A DNA stretch of 64,000 bases from Guillardia theta CCMP2712 (Eukaryota; Protista; Cryptophyta), in the NCBI RefSeq assembly GCF_000315625.1, contig NW_005434636.1, positions 207,298 to 271,297 of the forward strand, read 5' to 3'. A program made the translations under genes and the position numbers. Below, piece by piece: positions 24,472-37,280 of this stretch. Each line of letters opens with the position of its first letter. The stretch's first letter is position 1. The notes under the pieces are model-generated. The model saw nothing but the letters and a program-made list of their open reading frames with translations, was not told where the DNA came from and ran no database searches.

Positions 24472-27240
24472 CTAGGAGGCAACGTCCGTTAGCAGAGGAA
24501 CACATATCTCATCCTCCCCGTGCCGCTCCCCCCTCCTCGCCCTCGTGCTGGCGACGGCATCGGATCGCTGCTTCAGCAGATCAGCGTCCAGTTGATCTTC
24601 AGCCTGACAGCGCGTCATTTCATTTCACGTCCCCACCCTAGCTCAGTAGACCTGCATCCTGAGGTACTCGCCCTTGAAACTCCAGGAGACGCAGCAAGAG
24701 GCGATCAGCACTCCAACCTGATGGATCGCCCGTCATGTATCCCATCCTCCGGCTCCTGCTGCTCCTGCCCCTGCCCCTGCCCCTGCCCCTGCCCCTGCCC
24801 CTGCCCCTGCCCCTTCGAGACAACGTTCTGCTCCTCCTTCTCTTGCACTTCCTCCTCCTCTTACCATGAGAGCAAGAGAATAGCTGGCATCCCGTGTAGG
24901 CTCAAGGACAGTCCCGTAGATCCAAGTCGAGTTCACGCATTGGAGGCAGGAGGGAAAGTGGCAAGGGATTGTGGGGTCGGGTAGGAGGGAGTACCCCTCC
25001 CTACAAGCATAGTTGCCAGCGAGGTACTCCATCCCTGCAATGAGGAGCACGCCGCAAACCTACAGAGGGCATGAGGAATAGACGGGAGGGGAGGGAAGCG
25101 TTCCTGTCCGCCCAAGACAAGGAGCGAGCTTGAGAGGGCCTCTGACGTCGGGAAAGAACACTCGGCTCCGAGCTCGAGACCAATCTGACAAGAGAGTGAT
25201 CGGAGGGGAGGAGAAGGGAGGGGGAGGGAGGGGGAGGGGAGGAGGTTCACCGGTAAGAGAGGAACAAGAAAGAAACCTGAAGTTGAAGGGGAGGTGAGGG
25301 AGGAACAGAAGAAGCACATGCAATGCTTACCCGCCATGAAACCAACGGCGGATAGGAAGATATCACCATGAGATGGAGACAGGAAGACGTAGCAGAGCAG
25401 GATGATCTGTAGGAACAACGAGACGAGGAGAACGAGGAGCAGCAAGGAAGTAGAAGGAGAGGAGGAGGAGAGGGTTGGAGAGGAGACAAGTCAGGCACAC
25501 TGTGCGGAGGAGGACTGGATCATCACAGTGAAGACGCTGACGGTGAGCATCCTCTGCATGGTCTCCCTCAACCGTTTGCTCCTGTCGAGGTACGAGCCGA
25601 TGGCAGCCGAGCCGCAAACACCTCCGATGAGGATGAAAGTTCCTGTTCAACCCCGTCAGCTGCCCAGCACGTCGGGCGCCTCTTGACCGAGCAGGCCGGC
25701 CTGATCGTCAGTGTATCCTGCGAGAGACTTGAGGGAGGACGAGGGGAGAGGCAAGAGGACCAGCAGGGTGCATCAAGTCTCCGATGAGGGTGGAGATGGC
25801 GTTGAAGACCCCGAACCCTGAGAGGAGGGTGTAAGTGCCCAAGGTTGCGAGTTGAGTGAGAGAGGAAGCAGAGGGTGGGATGGCAGGGAGGCAGGGAGGC
25901 AGGAATGCCAGCAGGGAGGGGAGGAAAGGGGAGGAATGGGGAAAAAGAGAGGGAAGGAGGGAGGGAGGGAGGGAGGGAAGGAGGGAGGGAGGGAGGGAGG
26001 GAGGGACAGGGAGGGACAGGGAGGGAGGGAGGGACAGGGAGGGACAGGGAGGGACAGGGAGGGAGGGAGGAATATGGAGGAAGCGAGTACAGAAGACAAG
26101 ATGATCACGTTCGGAGGTGGAGGTCACCTAGGCTGAAAACGACGAAGAGAACAAGGAAGTTGAAAGAGCTGATACAATCTTTCATCTCGGTGAAGAGATG
26201 ATACAAGCCCTCCTCTCCTCGCTTGACCACCACCATCTCATTCATCTCCTCCGGAGTTCGCTCGACAGAGAAAGCCGACGTGATGCAGAAAGTTGCCAAG
26301 GTGAAGGAGCAGAGAGCTGTCGCAGCAAGTGCTTGCATGCTCACCAGTCTGCAACCCACTCTTCAACGATCAGAGGACCGAGGCATGGCATGCAGACCGT
26401 TGGAAGTCGGGGAGGAGAGGAAGGGAGGAGGAGGACGAGTTGGTGGGAGAGATCAGCATGGGCGAAACCCCAAGCCCGATGCCTGCACCAGGGCTCCGCA
26501 CTCAGGCCCTGTCGAGCAGTGAAGGCATTCTCACCGGAGCCGACGGCGTTAGACATGGAGGCGATGGATGTCGCCAAGTTTCTCTCGTGCTGAGGGAAGT
26601 AAGCTGAGGTGCCGACATGCTCAGTCAGAAGCGCCAACGAGCAAGTCGCCAGTCATGACGACTCACCTGCTGAGAGCGCGGCAGGCGCGTTCATGAACAC
26701 GACGTTGGCGATGGATTGAATGATCTGGCCAGTGAGCAGAGACTGGAAGCCATCGGAGGCTCCTCCCGATATCCTCATCCTGGAAGAACAAGCTGTCAAA
26801 CCTGCGGAGGGCGGAGCAGTCTACCACGATCCCACGCATGTCAGTAAGGTCGCTGCGATCACCCCGACCGACAGCCCGAACTTCTCCAGGAAGAAGGCAG
26901 CCGGGAACACGAACAGGACGTACACAATCTGCAAGAGCATGTCAAAGAGAATAAGGAGAGCGAGGAACACAACCATGTTACAGCTGGTCAGACTGTCGGC
27001 AAGGTCAGAGCTGACATGATAGAATCGCTGGACATCTGGAGGAAAAGAGTGAAGAGAGGGGCACCAACGCTGTCCTGCATCTTGTTTACCTGTAGCGATC
27101 GGCGCAAACGTGATAATTTGAACTGGATGAAAGCTACGTCAATTCGCGAAAGATCCTCTAAGGTAGAGACCTGTGTTGGATATACATGCGGCCGAGAAGG
27201 CAAGTAGCATCAACCATCGCAACATCCCGAACCGCTGCAT
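24472..27240 (-). CDS. MFS transporter, FLVCR/SLC49-like, multi-exon
   Basis: RWLMLLAFS; VYVLFVFPAAFFLEKFGL; GQIIQSIANVVFMNAP; YFPQHERNLATSIASMSNAVG; GVFNAISTLI; GSYLDRSKR; IGLELGAECSFPTSEALSS; FKGEYLRMQAE. Confidence 0.85.
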
Positions 27241-29374
27241 TCTTCTCCCGCAACGACACCGGCCTGTGGCGCTGATATCCCACGACCACTCTCTCTAACT
27301 CTCCATCTGGCTTCTCAAATCGACCCGATCCTGTTCAAACCTTTCCGCCCTCTTGTTCCACTTCCCGCTAAGCTTTGACGAAGAGAGCTTGTATCTTTGG
27401 CTGAGTCTCTGCATGAGCTTGCTGAAATCCCTCTTTTCCCCCTTCCCCTTCCCCCTTTCCCTCCCTCCTTCCCCTCCCTCCCTCCTCCTCTACTGAGGAC
27501 ATGGTCTACTCAACCTGTAGTTGAGGAGCTTCATTTTTGATCGGACTCACTTTGATTGAGTGCACCACGACCATCGGGGGCCGGCACTGCCCGGCCTGCT
27601 GGGCCGTGGCCCGGGCGGCCCGGGTTGCAACTCAAGGCCCTGAGAGTCGAGGAGGCTTGACCCTCGTTTAACTCAGTGATACCTTCACTTGATAGTAACT
27701 GGCAGACTCAGCTGTCCGATCTCGAAGTCCCGGCCCGGTCCGGCCCGGGCTCAGTGACTCGGAACTTAATCGGATTATCATAGTATAGCCTGATCCGACG
27801 GACTCATCCGCTGCCCGTGATGGAACGTATGCCAGCCGTGCCAGTCAGATAGCGCCGAGTTAACAAAAACTCTCCTGTAAACCATCTTGTTAAGGTCCTC
27901 TCATGTCTGGATGCTTTGGTTTCAACCGTGTTTCAGCATCCTAGCATACACTCTATCTCTCATGTGCTCCTCAATTCTGTTTTTGTGTGCATTAAACGTG
28001 ACTCGGTCTTGAGCAAAAACTGTCTTGTTCAAATTACAACTAAGGTCGATGTGGTATCTGCGTGACTTTGGACTAGTACAAGTCTAATAAACTTGTATTC
28101 CGGGTGTTCATCGAGTCCGCAGGCCCTGCCGTTTCCGAGGCCCTTGCCAAGTTGAAAGTGTCGCCAGCCACTGTACTTCACAGGCTACTGTACTAGGCGA
28201 GTGGCACGGCCCGGGGGGCCGCCCGGCGAGCGGCTGAACCTGTTGAACAGCCGGCATTTGACGGCCGTTCAACAGTTGTGACATTAAATTCACTCATCAA
28301 AGCTGAATAACTGCTTTTCGGGGTCACGTCCCCGCATTGAAGTCCATTGCTAGCAACCCCACTACTGACAGGTATCCCCTGGGTTCGTCTCCTTCAAGCT
28401 CTTGGTTCTACGGCTCTTTGCTGACATAGTTGCGGCGAGCCGGACTACCCCCGCTAGCAGGTCAAACGAGAGGCCTGAGCCGAAACTTGCGACGGTTCGA
28501 ATCTGAAAGGAGCTTTAGTGGTAGTGTTATCCACGATCGTAAAACTATTTCGTGATATCCCTGCAGTACCGGTCCTGTCATGTGATGTTCACCCCTGTTT
28601 TCAACACCACCCCTCTACGTTCACCGCGTGACCGGCTCTGAAAACAGCATCTGAGATCACCGATGACATTTTAACATTTTAAACAGGGGTGTAGGTAGGC
28701 CCGTGACCATCACCAGGGGGTACTGCCACCGATGTACGATTCTGAAGGGTCTACTAGCTACTGGGGGTAGGGTACGTTCAAGGGTGAAGTTTGGTGGGGA
28801 GACGTGGGGGTGGTGGGGGTTATAGTGGTCGAGGGACCGTACAGACTTGTAGCCATCCCACTGAAAGGACTACCCCCTGGCTAGACTCTTTTTTCAGTGG
28901 GTGGTGGGGGTAGGGTCATAGTGGCAAGATTGATACAGTAAACTGGAACTCCTCGTAGACAGCACAGCGGGTCGAGGGAACTTGGGGTGGGGTGGTAAGA
29001 GATGGAGTAGGGGTGCATATGACTGTACAAGAAAGGGTGATATGGGGTGGTCTTGGTAAGGAGGGACTGGTGGGTTACCTTCAAGTTGATCTTGATCGGC
29101 TTGAGACCTTACAGGGACACTGACGGGGGGTACTCAACAGTAGGGTGGGTACAGTCAGCCAAGGGGTGCAGGAGAATGGTATGAGGGTACTGGAGGGGTA
29201 CAATACCCACGATTAGACGGATATAAATAGGGGTGGTGGTGAGTGGAAAGATTTCAGGGGTGCAAATTGGGCGGGTGGGGGTAGGTAAACAAGGTTGAGG
29301 GTGCCGCGCGAGATGAATGAGCTATTATTACGGAAGGGGGCGAGATAAGGAAGAGGAGAGAGGAGAGATAAGCG

Positions 29375-29436
29375 AGGAGAGGAGAGGAGAGGAGAGGAGA
29401 GGAGAGGAGAGGAGAGGAGAGGAGAGGAGAGGAGAG
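29375..29436. repeat. (GGAGA)n microsatellite upstream of the OTU gene
   Basis: Direct pentamer repeats. Confidence 0.9.
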
Positions 29437-29652
29437 ATACAGAGAGATACAGGAGAGGGAACTTAGGTTAGGTGAACAAGCGAGGCTGCGAGAAAACGAG
29501 GTTCAAGAAGCAATAATACCTTCAATATGAGGTCAGGAGACTCTCTGTTGAGGAATCAAGTCTGAAGGATCAAAGCTATTCTGAATATTCATCGTAAAAC
29601 TGAACTTCAATACACAAGGACGTCCCAGTGATCGAATGGATTTCTCTCGGCC

Positions 29653-31047
29653 ATGAAAGAGAGTACTACAACAGCTTCTGGTTGTAATCAAGACAAAACC
29701 ATGCATCCTGAAAAGGGCTCAACTGACGAGGCCCAGGAGATGATAATCGATCTCTTGACCCAGAAGGAACTCGAGAAGAAGCGCATGATCAACTGGTGTA
29801 GAAATGCCACAATTGTTCATCCAAAGATTGTACCCCGCTCTGCGAGATCAATTTTACAAGCTGCCAGCATGGCAGTACTGCGGCATTACAGCGAGAGCTT
29901 TTGCTGCTCACTGTTGCATGACATGCACACTCTGCTGAATCAGAAGCATCATAACTTCCTGTTGAACCGATGGTTGAGCGACATGAAGCGAAGGGGAGGG
30001 ATACTTTCGTTCAAAAGCGAGTGGAACGAAATCGCCAACCTCAACCCTCTTGCAAAGAGGATCTGCAAGCCCATCTATCTCATGGCCCTGGCGCACATCC
30101 TGCAGAAGAACATCATCGTGGTTGAGTGCGAGTCAAGGAGACACACCGGAAAGCACTCCTCCCCCCTCAAAGTCAGCAGCGGGGTGCAAGGGATTTATCT
30201 GCCGCTCGACCTGGAGACATGTTCCCAGGAATTTCTGATGTTCGCATTCATTGGAAACGACGTCTACCTACTTGAGGCCCCTGAGAACGCGGTACGCTCC
30301 CCTTCCGATTGCCCTCCTCCTCCCTGCCCTCCTCCTCCTTGCCCGAACTCCCGTGCGCTCGTCGCATTTGCCGCTGACCACCCCCCGCAGAGCAAGGTGA
30401 TGTTTCCCCTGGTCACCTGCAAGGGCTCGCTGCTGCCCGTCAAGTTCTTGAAGGATACGGAGAGCGAGGACGAATGCTTGAAGTCCTACCTGTCTGTCGT
30501 AGCTGCAGACGTCTTCCCCAACCTCGTCGACCCTGACTTCCCTAACGGAGTTCCGGTCTTGTGCGCGCAGTTCGAGAGGGCGACGGTCTCGGGCCACCTG
30601 GACCATTCGCTCACCATCACGTCAGGGCAGGACTGCAACGCCGGCAACTTGGATGCTGAGAAAGAATCGTCTGACGACGAGCTTGTCCTCCCTGGAGGAG
30701 CTCAGAGGGTTCTTAGCGGACATGCCTTCGAGAGGACGGGATCTGACCATGGCCGAACTTTCAGCATTCCCTTCAGGGACGAGGACTCTCCTAGGAGCTT
30801 CGCGATGGGCGGGTTGAGGAGGATCAACAGCGACACGGCTCTGCACAGTTACGGAGGAGACGACTTGAACGTCATGCAGCCCGGAGTCCTGCTGCAGAAA
30901 TGTCTGACGAACCTCAAGGCGGACGACTGCTTCGCAAGGAGCGGGACACCGCCACGGCCACGAGCGAGTGACCAGCACGACAGCAGCCCTGAAGGATCTG
31001 AGAGGAGGGTGACCTTCGGGCTGAACGAGACCATCATCTTAGGATGA
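29653..31047 (+). CDS. A20/Cezanne/TRABID-type OTU domain protein, probably catalytically inactive; intronless
   Basis: INWC...SILQAAS...RW...EWNEI...IYLMALAHILQKNIIVV...GIYLPLD...FPLV...LLPVKFL follows the A20-subfamily OTU motif order. Confidence 0.75.
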   Translation: MKESTTTASGCNQDKTMHPEKGSTDEAQEMIIDLLTQKELEKKRMINWCRNATIVHPKIVPRSARSILQAASMAVLRHYSESFCCSLLHDMHTLLNQKHHNFLLNRWLSDMKRRGGILSFKSEWNEIANLNPLAKRICKPIYLMALAHILQKNIIVVECESRRHTGKHSSPLKVSSGVQGIYLPLDLETCSQEFLMFAFIGNDVYLLEAPENAVRSPSDCPPPPCPPPPCPNSRALVAFAADHPPQSKVMFPLVTCKGSLLPVKFLKDTESEDECLKSYLSVVAADVFPNLVDPDFPNGVPVLCAQFERATVSGHLDHSLTITSGQDCNAGNLDAEKESSDDELVLPGGAQRVLSGHAFERTGSDHGRTFSIPFRDEDSPRSFAMGGLRRINSDTALHSYGGDDLNVMQPGVLLQKCLTNLKADDCFARSGTPPRPRASDQHDSSPEGSERRVTFGLNETIILG

Positions 31048-31362
31048 TGAGCCCCGTGCTTGTCTGCTGTATATACGAGATGGGATGTAAGCGCACTGGG
31101 AATCTTCTGAAGTAGTTTTGAGAGGAGGTGATTTTCTTTTTTTGAGCCTGTTGATATCGAATGATGAGAATTCCAAAGAATTCATACCCACCAGAGACAC
31201 AAGGCGAACATCAAACATTTATTTCTGATCGCACACTCCTTTCTTGCACTTTGCCCCTTCACTTCAGATTAGAATTGTTTGTTACACCTCCGTATGAATC
31301 ATGTGGATATCAAATATCTACATCCAAGTCCACTCTTGCCACTCTGCATCTCCACATCCCCT

Positions 31363-33475
31363 CTAGTTCAAGTTGATCTTTGAGGCGAGCTCACCGGGCA
31401 GGTCAGGTTTTTCTTGCACAACTTGCTTCAAGAGGGGAGCGTTGAGACGAAGCTCGATCTCCGTCATGGCACTTTCATTCTGTTGGGAAGATCAGGATGG
31501 GAGAGAACGTGAGAGAACAAGAACAAGAACAAGAACAAGAAAAACAAGAACAAGAGAGCAAGAGAACAGAAGTAATCAAAGACGAAAGGAGAGGTGAGAA
31601 ATCGGACGAGAAAGAGAGGGAAGGAAGGGCGGAGGGAGAAGGTACAGGAGCGATGTACATCTAGCATCGTCGTCTCACCTCGTTGTAATAGTCTTTCATC
31701 ATTCTTTGCTTGTCCAGCATGGCCTTCTGCTGCATGCACTGCTGGTGTCTTAGCACCTTATTCCTTTGCTGCTCCCTCTTGAAAGCCTCCGCTTCCCTCT
31801 TCATCTCTTCCGCCAGCAGGCGTTCCTCCTCCTTCCTCCTCATCTTTTCCTCCTCCTGCATCTGTATCTGCCTCTGCAAGAAGGCGTTGTTCTCCTTGAC
31901 GATCCTGTCATGGCGCAGGCGATCATTGCGCTCCCTTTCCATGTCCCTCCTGTATTGCTCGTCCTGCGCCTTCTGCACGCGCTCCTCGATGTTGCGCTCC
32001 ACCTCTGCCGCCTTGTTCTCCATCTCCTGCCCCATCCTCTCCGCAGCCTTGAGCCTCAACTGCCGGTCCTGCTCCCTCCGCGCCCTTTCGTTCTCCTGCC
32101 TCTCGGTCAGTCTCGCACTGCAGCAAGGGCTGTCCTCGCCTGTCGCTCTGCCATCTCCATCTGCACGCGGAACAGCCTCTCGTCGAGCTCCCTCTCCTGC
32201 CCAGCGTTCACAACCAACCGCACTGCCTCTCACCCTCACCTCTTGCTTCTGCTGCCGCTTCCTCTCCAGAACTTTCTCGTTCTCCTTGAGCACAGCCTGC
32301 GACGAGGTAAGACGAGCAGAATTCCCAGCAGAGATCCAGTGACCTCATACTGAGCTCTTTTCTCCATTGTAGCTCTCGCCCTCATCTTTTTGTCCTCTTC
32401 TATCTGCATCGGAAAAAAAGCTGCTGTCAGGACTGATCTTGAGAAGCACACGACATTTCCTCTTGCTGGAATTGTTGGATGATAGCAGCTTCTTCCTGCA
32501 TTTGCTTCTCAGCCTGCACAGGATTCAGATCTGACGCCTTGCGCTGCATCCTCTTTGAGACCTGCATCTTCTTCCTATCCTGAGCCCTCTTCAGCTCAAT
32601 GGCCTCTCTCTTGCGCTCCTCAAGGAGTTTTTGCAGTTTCTCATTCTCAATGAGCTTCATCTCTTGTTGCCACTCTTCATACCTGCAAAAGCACGCGCTC
32701 CATCACCCACACGGAAGCTTTCAGATCGCGAGAAAAGTACTTCTTTCGCTGCTCATCAGCAACCCTTCTTTCTTGTTCCTTCACCGCAGCTTTCTGCTTC
32801 TTCCTCTCTTCGATCTGAGCAGCAAGTTCTTCCCGCGTCCTCTGCTGCTCATTCTTGACTTTCTCTTTCATTTTCTTCTGCTCCTCGTAATGCTTCACAT
32901 CATTGTACAGAGTCATCACGCTCCACTCATCAATCTGCGATCAAGCTTCAGTCTCCACCCGCCAGCCATCATCGCCACTCAACCTGCTTCCTTCGCTTCG
33001 ATGGAGACGTCTGCGTGCTGGCAGTAGGAGGAGGTTGAGGCCTGTAGCTGTTGACCTCATCTACTTCAGTACGTCTGGGATAAGAGTCTTGCTCAGCATG
33101 ATCAGAGACGGCCGCTGCTTCTGGAATTCCATCCATCGCAGAGAATTTTCTCTGGAGATCCTTGAGTTGTTTGTCTGTCAGCCGACCATGCGTGAGGATT
33201 TTCTCCACTTCCTCCACGGCTTTCAGGTAGATCGCGTCGTTACCTGCCTTCTTGTTCTGGTTTCTCATGTCAGCATCCATTAGATTCGTCCCATGACTCA
33301 CCTTTCTGTGATAGTCCTTGAGCAAATTGTTCACCAGCACTTCCTTCAACTTGGAGAACTTGCTAGAATCTGTTGTTCGTACCGACGAATGTGACCTTGC
33401 CGTGTTTCCCCGCGCTGTTGCATTCCCTTGGGCTTGCTTCTGGTAGTTTCCTTTGCTGTGAATCCTCGGCAGCAT
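31363..33475 (-). CDS. Glu/Arg/Gln-rich coiled-coil protein resembling trichohyalin-plectin-homology ciliary proteins, multi-exon
   Basis: Long charged helical exons (REELAAQIEERKKQK, AFLQRQIQMQEEEK), DDEW motif, terminal MTEIELRLNAPLLKQV. Confidence 0.6.
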
Positions 33476-34384
33476 CGTGACCTATCACTCTACTCTCCTA
33501 TCTCGTTGCTGTCTAACACATCCACTGGCACGACCGAGCAGGATGACAAGAGCGGGATGTTGGTGAAGAGGAGGTTTTGAGAGGAGGAGGACGAGGAGGA
33601 CGAGGAGGACGAGGACAAGGAGGACGAGGAGGACGAGGAGGACGAGGAGGACGAGGAGCAGGACGAGGAGGACGAGGAGGACGAGGACGAGGAGCAGGAC
33701 GAGGAGCAGGACGAGGAGGAAACGCCGGGAAGGTGTTGCGGAGGGGATACGCAGGAGCGGAACTGCCAACGGCAGTCAGTTACCACCGTGATGAAGCTGG
33801 ACCGGTAGTACATCCACCCGCAGGTTTGGTCCCTATCAATTTGGGGGTAAAAGGTTGTGAAAAGTAAGGGTCCATTTCAGGCGTTGGAAGGAGGCGAGGA
33901 AAATGGGGGGTTCTGTTACAAGGCGCTGTACAGGGGGTGGTGGGTCCTTGCCTTGTTAGTTAACTAAAACTAAGAAGCCCAGCTAAATCGCATTTCAAAA
34001 TCGAATAAGCTTACTATCTTTATTCCGAGCTAGGGCCACTGGGCCAGCGACTAGACTTTAGACTCGGAGCCTCCGCTCACGGCGCCCCGCGACTGCTTTC
34101 GAGTCTCAGTCAGACCTTATCAAGGTCATTGAATGCTCGAGTGAGGCACTAGAGAAGATGACCTAGGGGTAGACCCCCGCCCACCTAGTGCTTCAAGGTC
34201 TAGCCTGCGACGGTGAGTTCTCGAAAAGGCTCGATTTCGAAATGGCAAAACCTCCCCCAGCCCACAAAGAGCACAAACGGCCCAGTCCGTGTCCGATGTC
34301 CTCGCCTCGTCCTCGCCTCATCCTCGCCCCTCGCCCTTCTACCTTCTGCTTCCTGACATGCACTCCTCTAACTTGTCGAGCGGC

Positions 34385-34486
34385 GACCCGTCGCCGCCCC
34401 AGCTCTTCGAGCAGTACTTCGGGCATAGCCCGACCATCGCTGTGGTGACAACAGAGGAGAACCTTCTGGTGGACTTCACGAGGCCT
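34385..34486 (+). repeat. Dispersed ~100-nt cassette, copy 1 (reads LFEQYFGHSPTIAVVTTEENLLVDFTRP)
   Basis: Near-identical to 36061..36183 and 37281..37401. Confidence 0.95.
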
Positions 34487-36060
34487 GATGGCAAGATTCG
34501 CTCAGCTGAAAGCTATCCGCGCTCAAAAGGTGGAACAAGTATGGATGACCAGAACGCACACGTTTCCCAGAGAAAACCGAGGGCTTCTGATGACGGACAA
34601 AGTATATAGATCAGTGGATGAATGAGCCAGAAAAAAATCGAATCTAACTTCGAAACATGAAGCTCTTGAATGTGTAACTTTTTGCAAGCCAAAGAAACGG
34701 ACCCTGTCGGGGCGAGCTCAACTAAGACTGAAGGACTCAAGGGAAGGAATAGCAAGTTAAGGGACGGCATTCAAGACTAGGCTTAGCCTTTCTTCAACAA
34801 AGTCAGACATATTGAATACGAAAGGACTAGAAGCATAGGATGACTCAAAGTGCTCTGGGGGATACCCCCTGGTGGCAGGAGCACTTGTTATATTCCTTGT
34901 TTTATCCTATATAAGTGAAATTCTCTTCATCTACCCAGTATTGTTTTGCAAACTTATCTGGCATCGCTTGCTTTGTGTAATCCGTAGACATCTGCTGACC
35001 AAATGTCAAGCTCTAACTTACAGAGCCCAGAGCCGTCAAGTCTCAGAAGGATGGCAGGTCTGATCAAGAAGCTCAAGGCACCTGAAGTGAAGAGCCTATC
35101 CAGGCAACACCATGTTCTTAGATAACTACTTGTGAAAAATGCCGCTTTTTCTGCCTCCTTCAAGTCAAGAACAGAATCTTTGACAAAGTGTTACTGATTT
35201 TGTTGAAGAATTTCCTGCGAATCCGAACTTCACTGTCAGATCTCAGCCGGTACCTCAGTCTCAAGTTCTGCACAACGTGAACGATACCCGTGAGGCTTCG
35301 AGTCGAGCTGCCGCGACGGACATGATCGGACAGACTGTGACTGAAAGTTGTGACGGTATCAAGCCTGATTGTCGCTGCCCCTCTGGGGGGGGCCTGAGGG
35401 GGAAGGGCCCTTCATGAGTTTCAAGTTACCGGCGGTTAGTTCCGTTCCGACTAGGCTTCCGATCTGATGATTGGCCCGTCTTTTTGTCCGTCACTGTATG
35501 GCGAATTTATCACTCAGAAATGTTCAAATATGACGCAAGAATATCACTTGCTATGCGTGAAATACCCATGTGATCATCAGTGAAATTTGATGTCAACCAT
35601 GAAATCTCGACTCGATCCCAACTATTAGTTTATAATATAGGGGGCCCCGTGTCATGATCAGGCTCCGACCCCAAGAGTCACGGTCAAGGGTCTTTTCAGA
35701 AGTTGGAAGCGCCAGGACTTATTAAGGAGTAGTACCGGAGACTTCACTCATCAGAGGAGCCATTTTTCAGAGTCTCGAGCCTTTTCCCTGTCGGAGTCCG
35801 TCGGGTCGCCTTTGAGGCTCTTCAGGGCCTCAAGTTATGACCTCCTGGACCTCTTGTCTCGCCCACCGCGGGCTTGATCTGCAACCTCTCTAGCTCTTCT
35901 CCATCGTTGTAGACTCGCTGTGAACACCGTCGGTGTTGTGTTCTGCCGACTCTCTGTTCTTGTGCTTCACTTACTGTTCTGTTCTATAAGTTGAAGGAGC
36001 CTAGCGTGCCACATCCCCTGAGAGAAGCTGTAAGTTGCATCCATGCTGCAGTTGAGTGTC

Positions 36061-36183
36061 GACCCCTCCCCACCCCAGCTCTTCGAGCAGTACTTCGGGC
36101 ATAGCCCGACCATCGCTGTAGTGACGACAGAGGAGAACCTTCTGGTGGACTTCACGAGGCCTCAACGATGCGATCGTTCGTCG
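36061..36183 (+). repeat. Dispersed cassette, copy 2
   Basis: ccccagctcttcgagcagtacttcgggcatagcccgacc...ttcacgaggc; overlaps the 3' end of a plausible 49-nt intron 36030..36078. Confidence 0.95.
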
Positions 36184-37280
36184 GGGAATCGGATGAAGCT
36201 CACCTATCAACCACAACCTAACAATGGTTCAGGAAGCCTCAATCAATTTGAACGCGATCAAGTCGAAAGCATTGCCGAGGAAAATGAGGGGGTACGAGGA
36301 GCATGGACATAGTGTCCGGGGCGGCTGGCAGAGATGAAGAAGCAGATCTCCAAAATGAAAAGGATTCTCGAGACCGTTTCTGTGCAATCAAGTGAATAAC
36401 AAATACACAAGTACAGTTTTGAGCAATAAAGCACAACCAGTTCTGATCTTATCATCGCTACATGAAAGTCAAGATACGCCTTGATGATGCGATGACGATA
36501 TCCTTCTGTATGGGTTTGATTTAAGCTGTTGTTATAAGAGTCCTTTCGGGCAACTGTTGAGAGACAGCTATGTTGCAACGATGTTTGATACTATCAGCTC
36601 ACATGGCAAGAAGGCAAAGGAAACACAAGCATCGATCAACGACGGCTCTATCTCGATGGGCGGTTGAGTTGTGATCAAGGAACGTGTTCTCAGCTATTCA
36701 TGTCGTTCGTGATCGTATTGTCACAAGTAGAAGTCAACAGGGTCTCTGCAGTCCTCTGCCATCGGTCGAAGTAAAAGACATCAACTTTAGACCCATGTAA
36801 TAATCAGATACACTGACACGACTGTGTTAGCGTTCCGTGATCACAGCGATCGCATCAGTATCACCATACTTGTGACATTGCTGCCATGGGTCAGTGTTTC
36901 CATCGCTGTTTCCATCGGTGGTCAGACCGAGATGAGGCGGGCCCACATCTGATGCAGGAGTCTCATCTGAGACTAGATCCGAACCTGGGTACAAATAGGT
37001 AGTTACACCTGCTGACAGGAAGCGTCTTGTACTCTACCAAAAGACTCCTTTTCGATGCATGTAAGACTTGCGCACCAACTTTTACGTCGGCTATAACCTG
37101 TTTCTTCTACGCCCTTCAACGCACCCTTCACGCCCTCGTTCCCTCACTTCCTACTTGCTACCGTCTCCTTCCACAACCTTCTCGTCCTTTCAAAGTTCCC
37201 CACCATCTTGTCCTACCCGAACAAACTTGCACTCATTCCCGTACTGTCCTTGCTCAGTTCGTTATGCTGTCTCCTGCTCA

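Noticed and set aside
34160-34190. Helitron 3' end (GGGGT-AG-ACCCC hairpin followed by CTAG-T)
   Set aside because: Only a 5-bp stem, no matching end near the other cassette copies, and no Rep/helicase sequence in the window
34484-34520. Hammerhead ribozyme (CTGATGG...GAAA...ATC after cassette copy 1)
   Set aside because: Core is CUGAUGG not CUGANGA, stems II/III do not form convincingly, and copies 2 and 3 lack it
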